Positions 10,071 through 19,847 of a stretch of DNA of 64,000 nucleotides are shown here, piece by piece. How positions within the stretch are numbered: the stretch's first letter is position 1; the number at the start of each line of letters is the position of its first letter. The notes beneath the pieces were generated by a model. The model worked only from the letters and a program-made list of their open reading frames with translations, made no database searches and was not told where the DNA came from. The position numbers and the translations under genes were made by a program. Source of the DNA: an uncultured Selenomonadaceae bacterium (lineage in GTDB: Bacteria; Bacillota; Negativicutes; Selenomonadales; Selenomonadaceae); the NCBI GenBank assembly GCA_905234235.1, contig CAJOHN010000008.1:97406-161405 (forward strand), in the 5' to 3' direction.

Positions 10071-10078
10071 TTTGCCTT

Positions 10079-10105
10079 TAAGTCGCAAGAAATTTTTTTC
10101 GATAT
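10079..10105 (+). promoter_or_regulatory. Putative sigma-28 promoter of the flgM operon
   Basis: TAAG-N15-TTCGATAT upstream of flgM, the expected position. Confidence 0.55.
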
Positions 10106-10168
10106 ATAAACACAGAAGGTACGCTAAAAAATTTTTGCAAGGTTAATAATAAACAGGTGGTGGAAGTC

Positions 10169-10450
10169 ATGATTGTAAATAATGTGAACTCGCCGGCTAA
10201 ATTTTATTCAAATTCGGTGACGGCGACGAGATACGCCAATGCGGCAAGTTACGTTCGCGGCGTGCAAAAAAGCGACACGTTTACTCCGTCGGGGGAAGCG
10301 CAGAGTTTCAGCAAATTGCTAAACAAACTCAAAAGCGAGCCCGAAGTCCGCGAGGATAAAGTCAACGCGCTCCAAGAGAAAATTTCTTCGGGGCAATACC
10401 TCGTTTCGGCGGATAATATCGCGATGAGTATTTTGACGAATCGTTTCTGA
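10169..10450 (+). CDS. flgM: Anti-sigma-28 factor FlgM
   Basis: C-terminal EVREDKVNALQEKISSGQYLVSADNIA motif; position before flgN/flgK. Confidence 0.9.
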   Translation: MIVNNVNSPAKFYSNSVTATRYANAASYVRGVQKSDTFTPSGEAQSFSKLLNKLKSEPEVREDKVNALQEKISSGQYLVSADNIAMSILTNRF

Positions 10451-10460
10451 GGCGGCGGAC

Positions 10461-10946
10461 ATGTGGCAAAATTTGATTGAAACGCTCGACAAGCTCGGCG
10501 AAGTTTACGACAAATTGGCGACGCTCGGCGAAAAAAAACGCGCCGCATTAGTTGGAATCGACATGCAGGGGCTTTCCGGCATTCTCGACGAGGAACAACT
10601 CTTAACGGCAAAAATTCAAAAGCTGGAACAAAAACGCCTCGAACTTCTCAGAGACTTGTCGAAGTCGGATAAAAACTTAACCGAGAAAACGCCCGCTAAA
10701 GATTTTTATCGTTCAGCTCCGTCCCGCGCTATAGAAAAAAATTTGATTCAGCTCCATAAACGCCTCAGCCAAAACGTCGACCGCGCTTTGACAATCCGCA
10801 ATAATAATCAAATTCTCGCGCAGTGTGCATTGGACGCCGTGCAGGGGCAACTTAATAAATTAAGCGGCGCGGCGGTCGAACCTACTTACAGCGGCAAGGG
10901 CGCGGGCGTCGTCACTCATCAGAAAAAATTCGACTTTAAGGCTTGA
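10461..10946 (+). CDS. flgN: Flagellar export chaperone FlgN
   Basis: Helical 161-aa protein after flgM with NNNQIL and C-terminal TY.....FDFKA. Confidence 0.85.
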   Translation: MWQNLIETLDKLGEVYDKLATLGEKKRAALVGIDMQGLSGILDEEQLLTAKIQKLEQKRLELLRDLSKSDKNLTEKTPAKDFYRSAPSRAIEKNLIQLHKRLSQNVDRALTIRNNNQILAQCALDAVQGQLNKLSGAAVEPTYSGKGAGVVTHQKKFDFKA

Positions 10947-10956
10947 GGGCTTGGCT

Positions 10957-11415
10957 ATGGACGAGACGATTAAAATTTTGCGCGAACAAGCAATACTCTG
11001 CGCACATCTGCCCGAACTTTTCGACGCACTTATAAAAACTATGGAAAGCAATTCGCCCGACGTTCAGGAGCCGATTCGCAAGATTGAAGCGACAATGCGC
11101 GACATCTCTAAGAACGTGCAGAAGGCTGAAGAATTTTTAAAGAAAGTCAAAGCGACGTCGTTCGCAGAATATATCGCCGCGCAGGAAAAAAATATTCAGC
11201 GGGACGTGGCGGAGAAACTTTTAAAGAAAACAGCCGACGCTCAAAGCCGAGTCGAAAACCAAGTGGCGCAACTTAAATTGCTGCTTAAAAAGGGCAATGA
11301 TTACGTCACATTCAATCTGAACATATTATCGCGAACTACAACGAGCAATACTTACGGAGCAGAGGCGCGGACAGGTTCGCAACGGGCGCGGCGCATGTTC
11401 GAGGCTAATGTTTAG
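10957..11415 (+). CDS. FlgN-like helical protein
   Basis: Same size and C-terminal pattern (NTYGA...MFEANV) as FlgN; lies between flgN and flgK. Confidence 0.6.
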   Translation: MDETIKILREQAILCAHLPELFDALIKTMESNSPDVQEPIRKIEATMRDISKNVQKAEEFLKKVKATSFAEYIAAQEKNIQRDVAEKLLKKTADAQSRVENQVAQLKLLLKKGNDYVTFNLNILSRTTTSNTYGAEARTGSQRARRMFEANV

Positions 11416-11476
11416 GGGCTAGGATTCAGGGTTCAGGTGTCAGTACTGTCCCCCGACCCCTAACCTCTGACCACTG
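11413..11476. repeat. Degenerate 7-mer tandem repeats arranged as an imperfect inverted repeat
   Basis: TAGGGGC TAGGATT CAGGGTT CAGGTGT CAG then CTG TCCCCCG ACCCCTA ACCTCTG ACCACTG. Confidence 0.8.
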
Positions 11477-11498
11477 ATTAGGGAGAAGGGATTGAGTT

Positions 11499-13223
11499 AT
11501 GAGAGCAACATTTTCAGGGCTGAATACGATGGTGCGCGGCATTATGGCAAATCAACTGTCGCTCGACACCACAGGTCACAATATAACCAACGCCGGCACT
11601 GAAGGCTATTCACGCCAAACAGTCACTCTGGCGACGACTTACAGCGAGGAACGCGGCAGTTTACATGGTAGCGTACAGGTTGGCACCGGCGTCGACGCGC
11701 AGGCTGTTGAACGCGCTCGCAATATCTACGCCGACATTCAATACCGCAACGAAAATCCGTACCAAAAATATTACGAAACTATGTCTGTCAACTACGACAA
11801 AATCGAAACTATTTTCGACGACAGTAAAAATTTGGGTATCGAGGCGGCGTTGAATAAATTTTATCAATCGTGGGTTGACCTTTCTACGAATGCTTCAAAT
11901 TCTTCCTCGCGCACTCACGTTATCGAAAACGGCAGAAACTTAACCGATATTCTTCAAACGTCTGTCGCGGAACTTCAAGACCAAATCAAATCCGAATACG
12001 ACGATCTTAAATCCGAGCTTAAGGAAGTCGATGACATCCTTAACGAGATTGTTCAGTTCAATAAGCAGATTACCGCGCAGGAAGTCACGGGCGCGACTGC
12101 TAACGATTTACGCGACCGCCGCGATTTGCTTGTCGATAAGCTGTCCGATTATCTTAACATTTCCTTTACGGAAAACGAGTTCGGCTCTTATCAAATCAAT
12201 TCGGGCGGCATTACTCTTGTCAACGGCTATTCGCGGGCGCATTTGGAGATTAGCGACGGCGTTGATTCAAGTTATTTTGGTATCGATTACGGCATCACCG
12301 ACTACAACATAAAAATCGCCGAAAGTAATATGGTTTTCATACCGCAAAACGGAATTCTTAAAGCGCGTTTCGATTCAATCGCTGAGGACAAAGCTTATAT
12401 CGATAAGATGGCGGACATCGCAAGTTTCATGCTGACTGCGTTCAATGAACAGCACAAGCAAGGTTGGGATATGGACGGGCACAGCAAGAATGGCGAATAC
12501 GCAAATACCACCGTCCCGGATACGATTAATTTCTTCGGCGAAGGCTCAATCGAATATCAATACCGTTACGACGCCGAGAATAAGAAAAATTACCTCTACA
12601 AATTCGATGACACCTTGAACGAGGATAAAAAAACTTTGAGCGGCGTGCAAATTATCGCCGAGCTTGAAGTCAATAGCAAATTCAGCGAGAATCGCGGCGA
12701 CCGTTACATTGCGGCGGCGACGAGTAAACAATACAACGAGTTGACGGGCACTTGGGAGGACATGGCTTGGGATAAACGTACCGGCGACGGCACCAACGCG
12801 GTTTATCTTAGCGAGTTGTTCAATATCAGTTTGGACACGATTAACAGCGACGGCAAGGCAAATGCGCTTGTCTCGAAAAATTTTGTCCTGCGCGATTTGA
12901 AAGGCAATGTAATCCTCGACGCTAACGGCAATCAACAGCCCGCGACGGCTATCTCGACTTTAAGCGTTAATTCTTTTTATCAAAAGTCCATGTCGACTTT
13001 GGGCATTGACGCTCACTCTACCGATGTTAATTACGACGCAATGCAGGCGATTATGACGCAGGTAACTAATTGGCGCGATTCGATGTCGGGCGTTGATTGG
13101 AACGAAGAACTTACCAATATGATTAAGTTCCAAAAGGGCTTTGCGTCCTGTTCGCGTTGCTTGAATGCTATGGATGAAATGCTTGACCGCCTTGTTAATT
13201 CAACCGGCGTCGTCGGCAGGTGA
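11499..13223 (+). CDS. flgK: Flagellar hook-associated protein FlgK
   Basis: LDTTGHNITNAGTEGYSRQ, NDLRDRRDLLVDKLS, SGVDWNEELTNMIKFQ. Confidence 0.97.
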   Translation: MRATFSGLNTMVRGIMANQLSLDTTGHNITNAGTEGYSRQTVTLATTYSEERGSLHGSVQVGTGVDAQAVERARNIYADIQYRNENPYQKYYETMSVNYDKIETIFDDSKNLGIEAALNKFYQSWVDLSTNASNSSSRTHVIENGRNLTDILQTSVAELQDQIKSEYDDLKSELKEVDDILNEIVQFNKQITAQEVTGATANDLRDRRDLLVDKLSDYLNISFTENEFGSYQINSGGITLVNGYSRAHLEISDGVDSSYFGIDYGITDYNIKIAESNMVFIPQNGILKARFDSIAEDKAYIDKMADIASFMLTAFNEQHKQGWDMDGHSKNGEYANTTVPDTINFFGEGSIEYQYRYDAENKKNYLYKFDDTLNEDKKTLSGVQIIAELEVNSKFSENRGDRYIAAATSKQYNELTGTWEDMAWDKRTGDGTNAVYLSELFNISLDTINSDGKANALVSKNFVLRDLKGNVILDANGNQQPATAISTLSVNSFYQKSMSTLGIDAHSTDVNYDAMQAIMTQVTNWRDSMSGVDWNEELTNMIKFQKGFASCSRCLNAMDEMLDRLVNSTGVVGR

Positions 13224-13330
13224 TTTTAGGGATTAGATTAAAAGATTAAAAGATGAAAAGTGGACAGGGAAAACCCTGACCCCTGACACCTAGTCCCTGA
13301 ACCCTTTTAATCTTATAATCTTTTGATTTT
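13224..13330. repeat. 8-mer-repeat stem (GATTAAAA units / CTTTTAAT units) enclosing a 7-mer-repeat loop
   Basis: GATTAAAA GATTAAAA GATGAAAAG ... CCCTGAC CCCTGAC ACCTAGT CCCTGAA ... CTTTTAAT CTTATAAT CTTTTGAT. Confidence 0.8.
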
Positions 13331-13347
13331 AAAAAGGAGGAATTAAC

Positions 13348-14724
13348 ATGGGTGTAAGAATCGGCAGTATGCACTTCATGTATAACTATCAAAACTCGCT
13401 CAATAACGCCTATCAACAGCAAAATAAACTTTTCGAGCAGGCAGACGGTTCATCACTGCACCGCGCCAGCGATAACCCGATGAATTATTCCAAACTCTTG
13501 CGCTACAACGTCAGCGAAAACGAAAATAATCAGTACCGCGAAAACATCAAGACGGCGACCTCTTGGATGAAAAATTCCGATGACGTTATGATTCACATGA
13601 CCGAAATGATGCAGACGTTGAAGGAGAAATCCGTTCACGCGGCGAATGCTGACCCTGTTGAAGACGATTACTCCGCAATTCATAAGGAAATGTTCGCGCA
13701 CATGCAGGAATTGGTTTCGGTAGCGAACTCGCAACTCGGCGACAGATATTTATTTTCGGGGCAAAGAGATTTGGTTAAGCCTTTTGAAATGACGACTGAA
13801 CTTCACGATCGCGGCTTGCCGAAAAATCTTGACGTTTCACAATCGGCTTTCTTCAAGGGCACCGACTCCGACTACAACACCGAACTTTTCCAAATGTTGG
13901 CGGTAACTGGCGAGGACGGCAATACTTACTACCTCGAAACCGACGGCGGCAGATTCACGGATACAAGCGATGTTAAGTTCAATCTCTACACAAAAGAATT
14001 CGTCGACGAAGGCTATAAAGATTTAATTGCTCGCGGTTTCAGCAACATTAAAGAGGCGGAGGAAGCCGCTAACAACGGCAATACTGAAATTAAAAATCTC
14101 CTCGACGCGGGCAGAATAAAAGACAACACCCTTGATTTCCAAGTGTCCGATTACTTCACGAATCAAGGTTTGCTCAAAGGCGACACCGGCATTGAAATTA
14201 ACGGCAAGAATTATACTTTTCAGACGACCCAGCAAAATATCGTGACTTACAACGGCGATAATAATCTTATTTCAATGGTTAAGCTAAACGGCGCGACCGA
14301 TCCCAATGCTGATACCGTCAACTCTACGGGCGCGGGAATGTTCGGCAGAGATATTTTCGACAATGACGCCTCTGGCAATACCGCTTCCGGAACTGCCATG
14401 CTTAATGAACTCTTCTGCGTTTGCTCCAGAGTCAACGATTCCGATGTTCATTGGATGTCCTCCGACGGCGTCACCGTTGCAGATGTTGCCCACTCAACTA
14501 TGCTTGTTCAAGAAACTAAAATCGGCGCACGCCAGCAACTTTATAACCAAGTCGAGACAATGCTTGACGCCCAAGCCGATAATATCACTGAAGACATCAC
14601 CAACGTTAGCGGCACGGACGTTGCGCAACTCGCCACTCAACTTATGCAACAGACTGCGCTTTATAATCTGGCGTTGTCGCTTGGCGGGAGAATCCTTCCC
14701 CAATCACTTGCCGATTATCTCTAA
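13348..14724 (+). CDS. flgL: Flagellar hook-associated protein FlgL
   Basis: Flagellin-like N-terminus (RASDNP, DRYLFSG) and C-terminal RILPQSLADYL. Confidence 0.93.
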   Translation: MGVRIGSMHFMYNYQNSLNNAYQQQNKLFEQADGSSLHRASDNPMNYSKLLRYNVSENENNQYRENIKTATSWMKNSDDVMIHMTEMMQTLKEKSVHAANADPVEDDYSAIHKEMFAHMQELVSVANSQLGDRYLFSGQRDLVKPFEMTTELHDRGLPKNLDVSQSAFFKGTDSDYNTELFQMLAVTGEDGNTYYLETDGGRFTDTSDVKFNLYTKEFVDEGYKDLIARGFSNIKEAEEAANNGNTEIKNLLDAGRIKDNTLDFQVSDYFTNQGLLKGDTGIEINGKNYTFQTTQQNIVTYNGDNNLISMVKLNGATDPNADTVNSTGAGMFGRDIFDNDASGNTASGTAMLNELFCVCSRVNDSDVHWMSSDGVTVADVAHSTMLVQETKIGARQQLYNQVETMLDAQADNITEDITNVSGTDVAQLATQLMQQTALYNLALSLGGRILPQSLADYL

Positions 14725-14863
14725 TCTTTGAAACTCTAAAAGTCTTATCCTGCAGGCGTCAACGAGTTCTCCGTTGTCGTCTATTGGTGTTTTCGGGATT
14801 TTTATTCTCGGCAAAAATTTCGGACTCACGGCAGGAAATTTTATGGAAAGGAGGGAATTAGCC

Positions 14864-15445
14864 ATGATGGTGAGGTTAAATACTCGACATGAATTGCCGC
14901 AGATAGCGATGAGGCAAACGCACGCGAGGCTTGACGAATCGGGAATAGTTCAGCCGCAAATAAGAGGCAGGAATCAGCAAGCGCGCTCGAATCAAACCGT
15001 TACTCAACCGAGCTTGTCGTTGGATAGCTATCAAAGCAGAAGAGCTTACGGCTTCAGGAAACACGGAGACTTAGCGGCGGAACGCGGGCAAAAAGGTATC
15101 TCCGACGCCCAATCCGCTACCAGTCGACGCACGCAGGAGGCTTGGGCAAGTGCCACTAACGGCGCAAAACGCGGCAATGACGTTGTCCAAAGAGTTAAAG
15201 CCGACATCTTCTCTGATTATCAAGCGCGACCGGTTTTCACGACCGCCGCCATTCCAGACCCGCAAGTGCAGGGTTATCAAAGTGAAGTCGTCGGCGAGCC
15301 GGAACTCAGTGACATTTCCGTCGATATTGAAACCGCGCCAAGCGCAAGGATTCATTATACGCCGGGCAGTGTGGAAACTTATCTTCAAAACGAAGGCTTT
15401 ATCCGCCACTGGGTTTCGATGGATCATTACGACATCTACGCCTAA
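14864..15445 (+). CDS. YviE/DUF6470-like flagellar operon protein
   Basis: Position between flgL and fliW; YTPGSVETYLQ motif; strong RBS before 14864. Confidence 0.7.
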   Translation: MMVRLNTRHELPQIAMRQTHARLDESGIVQPQIRGRNQQARSNQTVTQPSLSLDSYQSRRAYGFRKHGDLAAERGQKGISDAQSATSRRTQEAWASATNGAKRGNDVVQRVKADIFSDYQARPVFTTAAIPDPQVQGYQSEVVGEPELSDISVDIETAPSARIHYTPGSVETYLQNEGFIRHWVSMDHYDIYA

Positions 15446-15499
15446 GCCGAGAAAATAGTTTTTCAAGCTGTCGGGGGAAGTTCAAAGGAGGAAAGTTGT

Positions 15500-15949
15500 A
15501 TGCGTAAAATTTACACCAGCAGATTTGGTGAGCTTGAGGTTGATGAAAAGAAAATCGTTTATTTCAAGGACGGCATCCCCGCGTTCGAGACCGAGCATGA
15601 ATTTGTTATCCTGCCCTACGAAGAGGAAAGCCCCTATTACTTCATGCAGTCGCTCAATACGCCGGATTTGGCTTTCTTGCTGACGATTCCTTTCCTTTTC
15701 TTTAACGACTATTCGTTTGAGATTGATGACGATACGGTTAAGGAACTCGACATTAAAAACCAAGATGACGTGTTCTATTATTCAATGGTTACAATCCCGA
15801 ACGGATCCATTCGTTACATGACGGCGAATCTTCTCGCCCCAATCGTCCTCAACGGCGAAAACATGCGTGCGAAGCAAGTCGTTTTGGAAAAGAGCACCTA
15901 CACGACGAAGCATCGCCTCTTCCCCGATTCTGCTAAAAAGGAGGGATGA
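15500..15949 (+). CDS. fliW: Flagellar assembly factor FliW
   Basis: TSRFGELEV, GIPAFE, QSLNTPDLAF, MTANLLAPIVLN. Confidence 0.95.
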   Translation: MRKIYTSRFGELEVDEKKIVYFKDGIPAFETEHEFVILPYEEESPYYFMQSLNTPDLAFLLTIPFLFFNDYSFEIDDDTVKELDIKNQDDVFYYSMVTIPNGSIRYMTANLLAPIVLNGENMRAKQVVLEKSTYTTKHRLFPDSAKKEG

Positions 15950-15953
15950 TTCA

Positions 15954-16181
15954 ATGCTTGTCTTGACGAGGAAGCCTCGTCAGCAGATAATGATTGGCGA
16001 CAACATCATCATTAACGTCGTGGAAGTGCAGGGCGAAAACGTGCGTATTGCGATTGATGCGCCGCGTGACATCAAAATTTATCGCGGCGAAATCTATCGT
16101 GCGATACAAGAGGAGAATCAAAAGGCGGCTCAAAAGTTGGACGTCGATTTACACGGCGCGTTGCCGCTCAAGGAGATTTAA
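15954..16181 (+). CDS. csrA: Carbon storage regulator CsrA
   Basis: MLVLTRK..QIMIGDNI...VRIAIDAPRDIKIYRGEIY. Confidence 0.97.
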   Translation: MLVLTRKPRQQIMIGDNIIINVVEVQGENVRIAIDAPRDIKIYRGEIYRAIQEENQKAAQKLDVDLHGALPLKEI

Positions 16182-16203
16182 TTACAAAGGAGTGTGTTTT
16201 ATC

Positions 16204-16635
16204 ATGGTAGGGAAAGTAAATGAGATGGTCACGGCGGCAGTCGTTGTAGACTCGGCTTCAAAGACGCAACCGGTCGGCGAACAGGACTTCGCGCAAGTTA
16301 AACCCGTGCAAGTTAAACCCGTCGACGCAAAACCCGCAGACAAAATCTTGACGCCCGCAGAAGAACAAGAGCAGAAGGAAAAAGCCTCCAGCCTGCAACC
16401 CGGCACAATGTCGGAGGAAACTGTCAGCCAGATGACGGAAACTTTCAACGAGCTCATGGACAAGATTAACTGCGATGTCGAATTCAATTACAATCGTAAA
16501 GCCAATATGTTCAACGTCAAAATGATCGACAAGAAAACCAACGAAGTTATCAAGGAATTCCCGCCCGAAGAAATGATTGAGAATATGATTAAGGCTAAGG
16601 ATTGGTTGGGCGCATTCATTGACAAGGCAATTTGA
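16204..16635 (+). CDS. flaG: Flagellar protein FlaG
   Basis: VKMIDKKTNEVIKEFPPEE...GAFIDKAI; directly before fliD. Confidence 0.9.
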   Translation: MVGKVNEMVTAAVVVDSASKTQPVGEQDFAQVKPVQVKPVDAKPADKILTPAEEQEQKEKASSLQPGTMSEETVSQMTETFNELMDKINCDVEFNYNRKANMFNVKMIDKKTNEVIKEFPPEEMIENMIKAKDWLGAFIDKAI

Positions 16636-16663
16636 ATCGACGCCCGTCTAAGGAGGGATTAAC

Positions 16664-18863
16664 ATGGGTGTCAACGGAATTTACGGCTTGTCGGGTTCGG
16701 GTATGGACATCGAGTCGATGGTTAAAGTCGGCATGATGAGCAAACAAAACGAATACGACAAGATGGCGCAAAAATACACTAAGAACGAGTGGATGAAGGC
16801 TGATTATATCGAACTCAGCAATAAAATCACTACGTTTAATTCGTCGTCTCTCTCGCAATACAAAATGTCGAATACCATGAACGCCAAAAGCGTAGAAAGT
16901 TCCAGCGCGGCTTCGGCTGACCTTATGAATCACAGCGTTGATGTCTTGAGCCTCAGCTCCAACGCTTATCTCGTCGGCACAAACACCATGAAACGCTACG
17001 CCATCAACGGTGCGTCTTCGGCAGACCAAACGAGTATTAGGCTTGCCGATGTGTTGTTTAAGGAACTCGATGTAACGGGCGGCTACGTTTCCGGTAGGGT
17101 TGCGCCTTCGGATATGGCAGACGACGACCGCGACGATCCAAACTATACGGCGGCAGATGGCAAAAGAGTCGGTGTCGCTTGGCAATTCGGCAAGGCAGAC
17201 ATAGTTCACACTTCCATTGACGACATAGCGACGCATTGGGAAAAATATAACTCAGCGACGGGGCAATGGGAAACTGCTGATCCGCTTTCTTCCTCTTCAA
17301 ATAGAACCAGTTGGGTTAATAGTCAAAAGGCAGATGCGCAAAATGCTCTCGGCTCTGAATGGCGACATGCGTACAGTGCCACTTATGGAATTGACGAATG
17401 GCGCACCAAAAATTCGAGCGGCAATTTTCAATCAACCGCAACCGACCCTGCGTCGATAGATGAAACCACGTGGAAAAACTTCCTTGCAAGTCAGAATAAG
17501 CAAACTGAATGGAGGCTTGTTGCGGACGGGAAACGGACTGAAACCGCCGCCGCACTTAGCAATATTGATGTTAATGCTGACGAACCTAAGGCGTTTTCGT
17601 TTACGCTTTCTGACGGTGTGACAACCAATGATGACGGCACTTTAAAGGAAGTAACAATCAGCTACAGCTACAAACAGTTGCTTGGCGACGGCGATACGGA
17701 TGGCGTTACGTTCAACGATTTGGTTAGGGAAATAAACAACAGCGGTCTGAATATCAAAGCCAATTACGACGCGGATCACGACAGGTTTTCCTTCTACAAC
17801 TCTAAGAGCGGCGACGAAAACGGCATAATAATCAAACTTGATGCTGACGACGGCTACACGGGTACACGCGCCTCTATGGTTGCCAGAAATTTCTTTAACA
17901 ACATGGGGCTTTATCAGTCTAGGAACGGCGAGCTTTACGGGCACGATGATAGCGGTAATGTTGTTGCGGCAGAAGAAGCCGATAAGCAGACTTTGAAGTT
18001 TAGCGTCGGGCGCAGCAATGACTTCATGGGCGAGAACGGCAAAATTAAAATCGACGGCGTCACATACAACGATGTTGTCGATAACAAACTCACCGTCGGC
18101 GGCATAACTTACACTGCGCTCCTCCGCAGGGAATGTTACAGGCAGTACTCCCGCGACCGTCTCCGTTTCGCAGGACGTTGACGGGATTGTCGACAAGGTT
18201 AAAAGTTTTATCACGGATTACAACAAGCTCCTCGCGAGCCTTTACGAGAAATACGACGAAAAGCCCGATTCAAATTACAAGCCGCTTACCCAATCGCAGA
18301 AAGACCAAATGAAGGAAGAACAAATTACCAAGTGGGAAGAAAAGGCTAAGAAGGGCTTGCTTTACCACGATCAGACTCTCGGAAAGATTATCATGAACAT
18401 GCGTAGCGCGGTTACTGATACTGTCGAGGGCGTCGATAGCAAGTACAATTCGGTTTTCAGTCTCGGTGTATCGACAACGGGCATTAAGGGGCAGTTGGTT
18501 CTTGACGAGGACAAACTCAGGAAGGCTCTCTCGGAGGATTCGGAGGCGGTTTATAACGTCTTCGCGAAACTTGATTCCGAAAACCTTAACGACTCGGCAA
18601 AAAGCGGTGTGGCGCAACGTCTCGGCGATATTTTCGTCAGCGCGACTAAAACTATCAAAGACCGCGCAGGTTCATCGTCCGACATTACTGAAGACAGCGA
18701 TTTGAACAATCTCTTGCGCAACCTGCAGACGAAGATGAGTAACTTTAAAAAGCTTATGTCTTCGTTTGAAACCGCGCTGTATAAAAAGTATGACGCAATG
18801 GAATCGACGCTCGCCAAACTCGGCACGCAATTAAATTACGTCATGGGTAGCACAGGGCAATAA
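16664..18863 (+). pseudogene. fliD: Flagellar cap protein FliD, split by one frameshift near 18120 (true lesion or assembly error)
   Basis: N-terminal GLSGSGMDIESMV; after GITYTAL the FliD_C sequence ATVSVSQDVDGIVDKVKSFITDYN...KPLT..Q...WEEKAKKGLL continues in another frame into ORF 18309-18863. Confidence 0.9.
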
Positions 18864-18891
18864 GAATTTTTTTGAGGAGTTGGTTTGAAAT

Positions 18892-19296
18892 ATGGTCAAT
18901 GCGGCAGAGGCATACAGACAGCAGAGGATTTTGAACGCGCCGCCGGAACATTTAACGCTTATGCTGTACAACGGTTGCCTGAAGTTTATTGATGACGGCA
19001 GAGCGGCTCTTGAGGTTAAAAACTACGAGGAAGCCAATAACCAATTGCAACGCGCACAACGGATAATTTCCGAGTTTCGCTTGACGTTGAACTTCGACTA
19101 TGACATTTCGCATCAGTTACTTCCGCTTTACAATTACGTTTATGACAGATTAGTTGAGGGGAATATTAAGAGCGATTTGGCGCAGATTGACGAGGCAAAG
19201 GGGATTATTACGGAATTGCGCGACGCTTGGTTCCAAGCAATGAAGACTGCACGAATCGAGAAGGGCGAAGGCGCAGGCGGCAAAGGTTATGCTTGA
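18892..19296 (+). CDS. fliS: Flagellin chaperone FliS
   Basis: APPEHLTLMLYNG, LLPLYNY, ELRDAW. Confidence 0.95.
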   Translation: MVNAAEAYRQQRILNAPPEHLTLMLYNGCLKFIDDGRAALEVKNYEEANNQLQRAQRIISEFRLTLNFDYDISHQLLPLYNYVYDRLVEGNIKSDLAQIDEAKGIITELRDAWFQAMKTARIEKGEGAGGKGYA

Positions 19297-19660
19297 TGAA
19301 AAAGAAACCGTTGACGCGGAGGAAGTTTTGAATCAAGCGCGGATTCTTTGGCGGAAGTATTTCACGCTGACGAAGGAACTTCTGAAGTTCAGCGACCAGA
19401 AAGACAGCGATTTATTCATGGAACTCGTCGACCAACGCGGACGGCTTATCGAGAGGATGAAGGCGTTACCCGAAAATAATTATCGCGAATCCGAAGAATG
19501 CAAGGCGATGATTGAGCAGATAATTCCGATGGACAAGCAGATAATATATCGGGCGAAGGCGTGGCTGAATAAGTCGCGGCGACAAAACAGCGCGGTTCGT
19601 TCTTACGATTTGCTGGAATCGGCGGGGTTGCGCGGGACGGTTTTCAACAGAAAATATTGA
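19289..19660 (+). CDS. FliT-like small helical protein
   Basis: Position after fliS, size, and the LVDQRGRLIERM pattern. Confidence 0.6.
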   Translation: MLDEKETVDAEEVLNQARILWRKYFTLTKELLKFSDQKDSDLFMELVDQRGRLIERMKALPENNYRESEECKAMIEQIIPMDKQIIYRAKAWLNKSRRQNSAVRSYDLLESAGLRGTVFNRKY

Positions 19661-19671
19661 CGGAAAAAATT

Positions 19672-19706
19672 AAAAGACTGGTGGAGTTTTTCACCGGTCT
19701 TTTTTT
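19672..19706 (+). terminator. Terminator between fliT-like gene and glnA (probably bidirectional)
   Basis: AAAAGACTGGTGGA..TTCACCGGTCTTTTTTT. Confidence 0.8.
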
Positions 19707-19717
19707 ATCTTAACTTT

Positions 19718-19838
19718 TATGTTTGAAAAACTTTTCTTTTGCTGCGCCCAAAAGAAAAGTTACAAAAGAAAAGGGCGTGCCCGCTGAAAAACATCCATGT
19801 TTTTACGCGGGCGGAGCCGTCATCCATGACGGCTCCCA
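19718..19838 (-). repeat. Multi-hairpin dispersed repeat, diverged copy, just after the glnA stop
   Basis: Same module order as 28628-28764 in reverse complement: hairpin; CCCGCG..AAAACA(T)GGATGTTTT..AGCGGG; CTTTTCTTTTG..ACTTTTCTTTTG..CAAAAGAAAAG. Confidence 0.75.
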
Positions 19839-19847
19839 ATTACGTTG

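Noticed and set aside
14745..14850. Possible c-di-GMP riboswitch between flgL and the yviE-like gene (hairpin plus GGCAAA)
   Set aside because: Lacks the GEMM two-stem, tetraloop-receptor pattern; more likely a plain hairpin
18309..18863. Independent gene downstream of a short fliD
   Set aside because: The frame is open and FliD-like from about 18120, so it is the frameshifted FliD C-terminus
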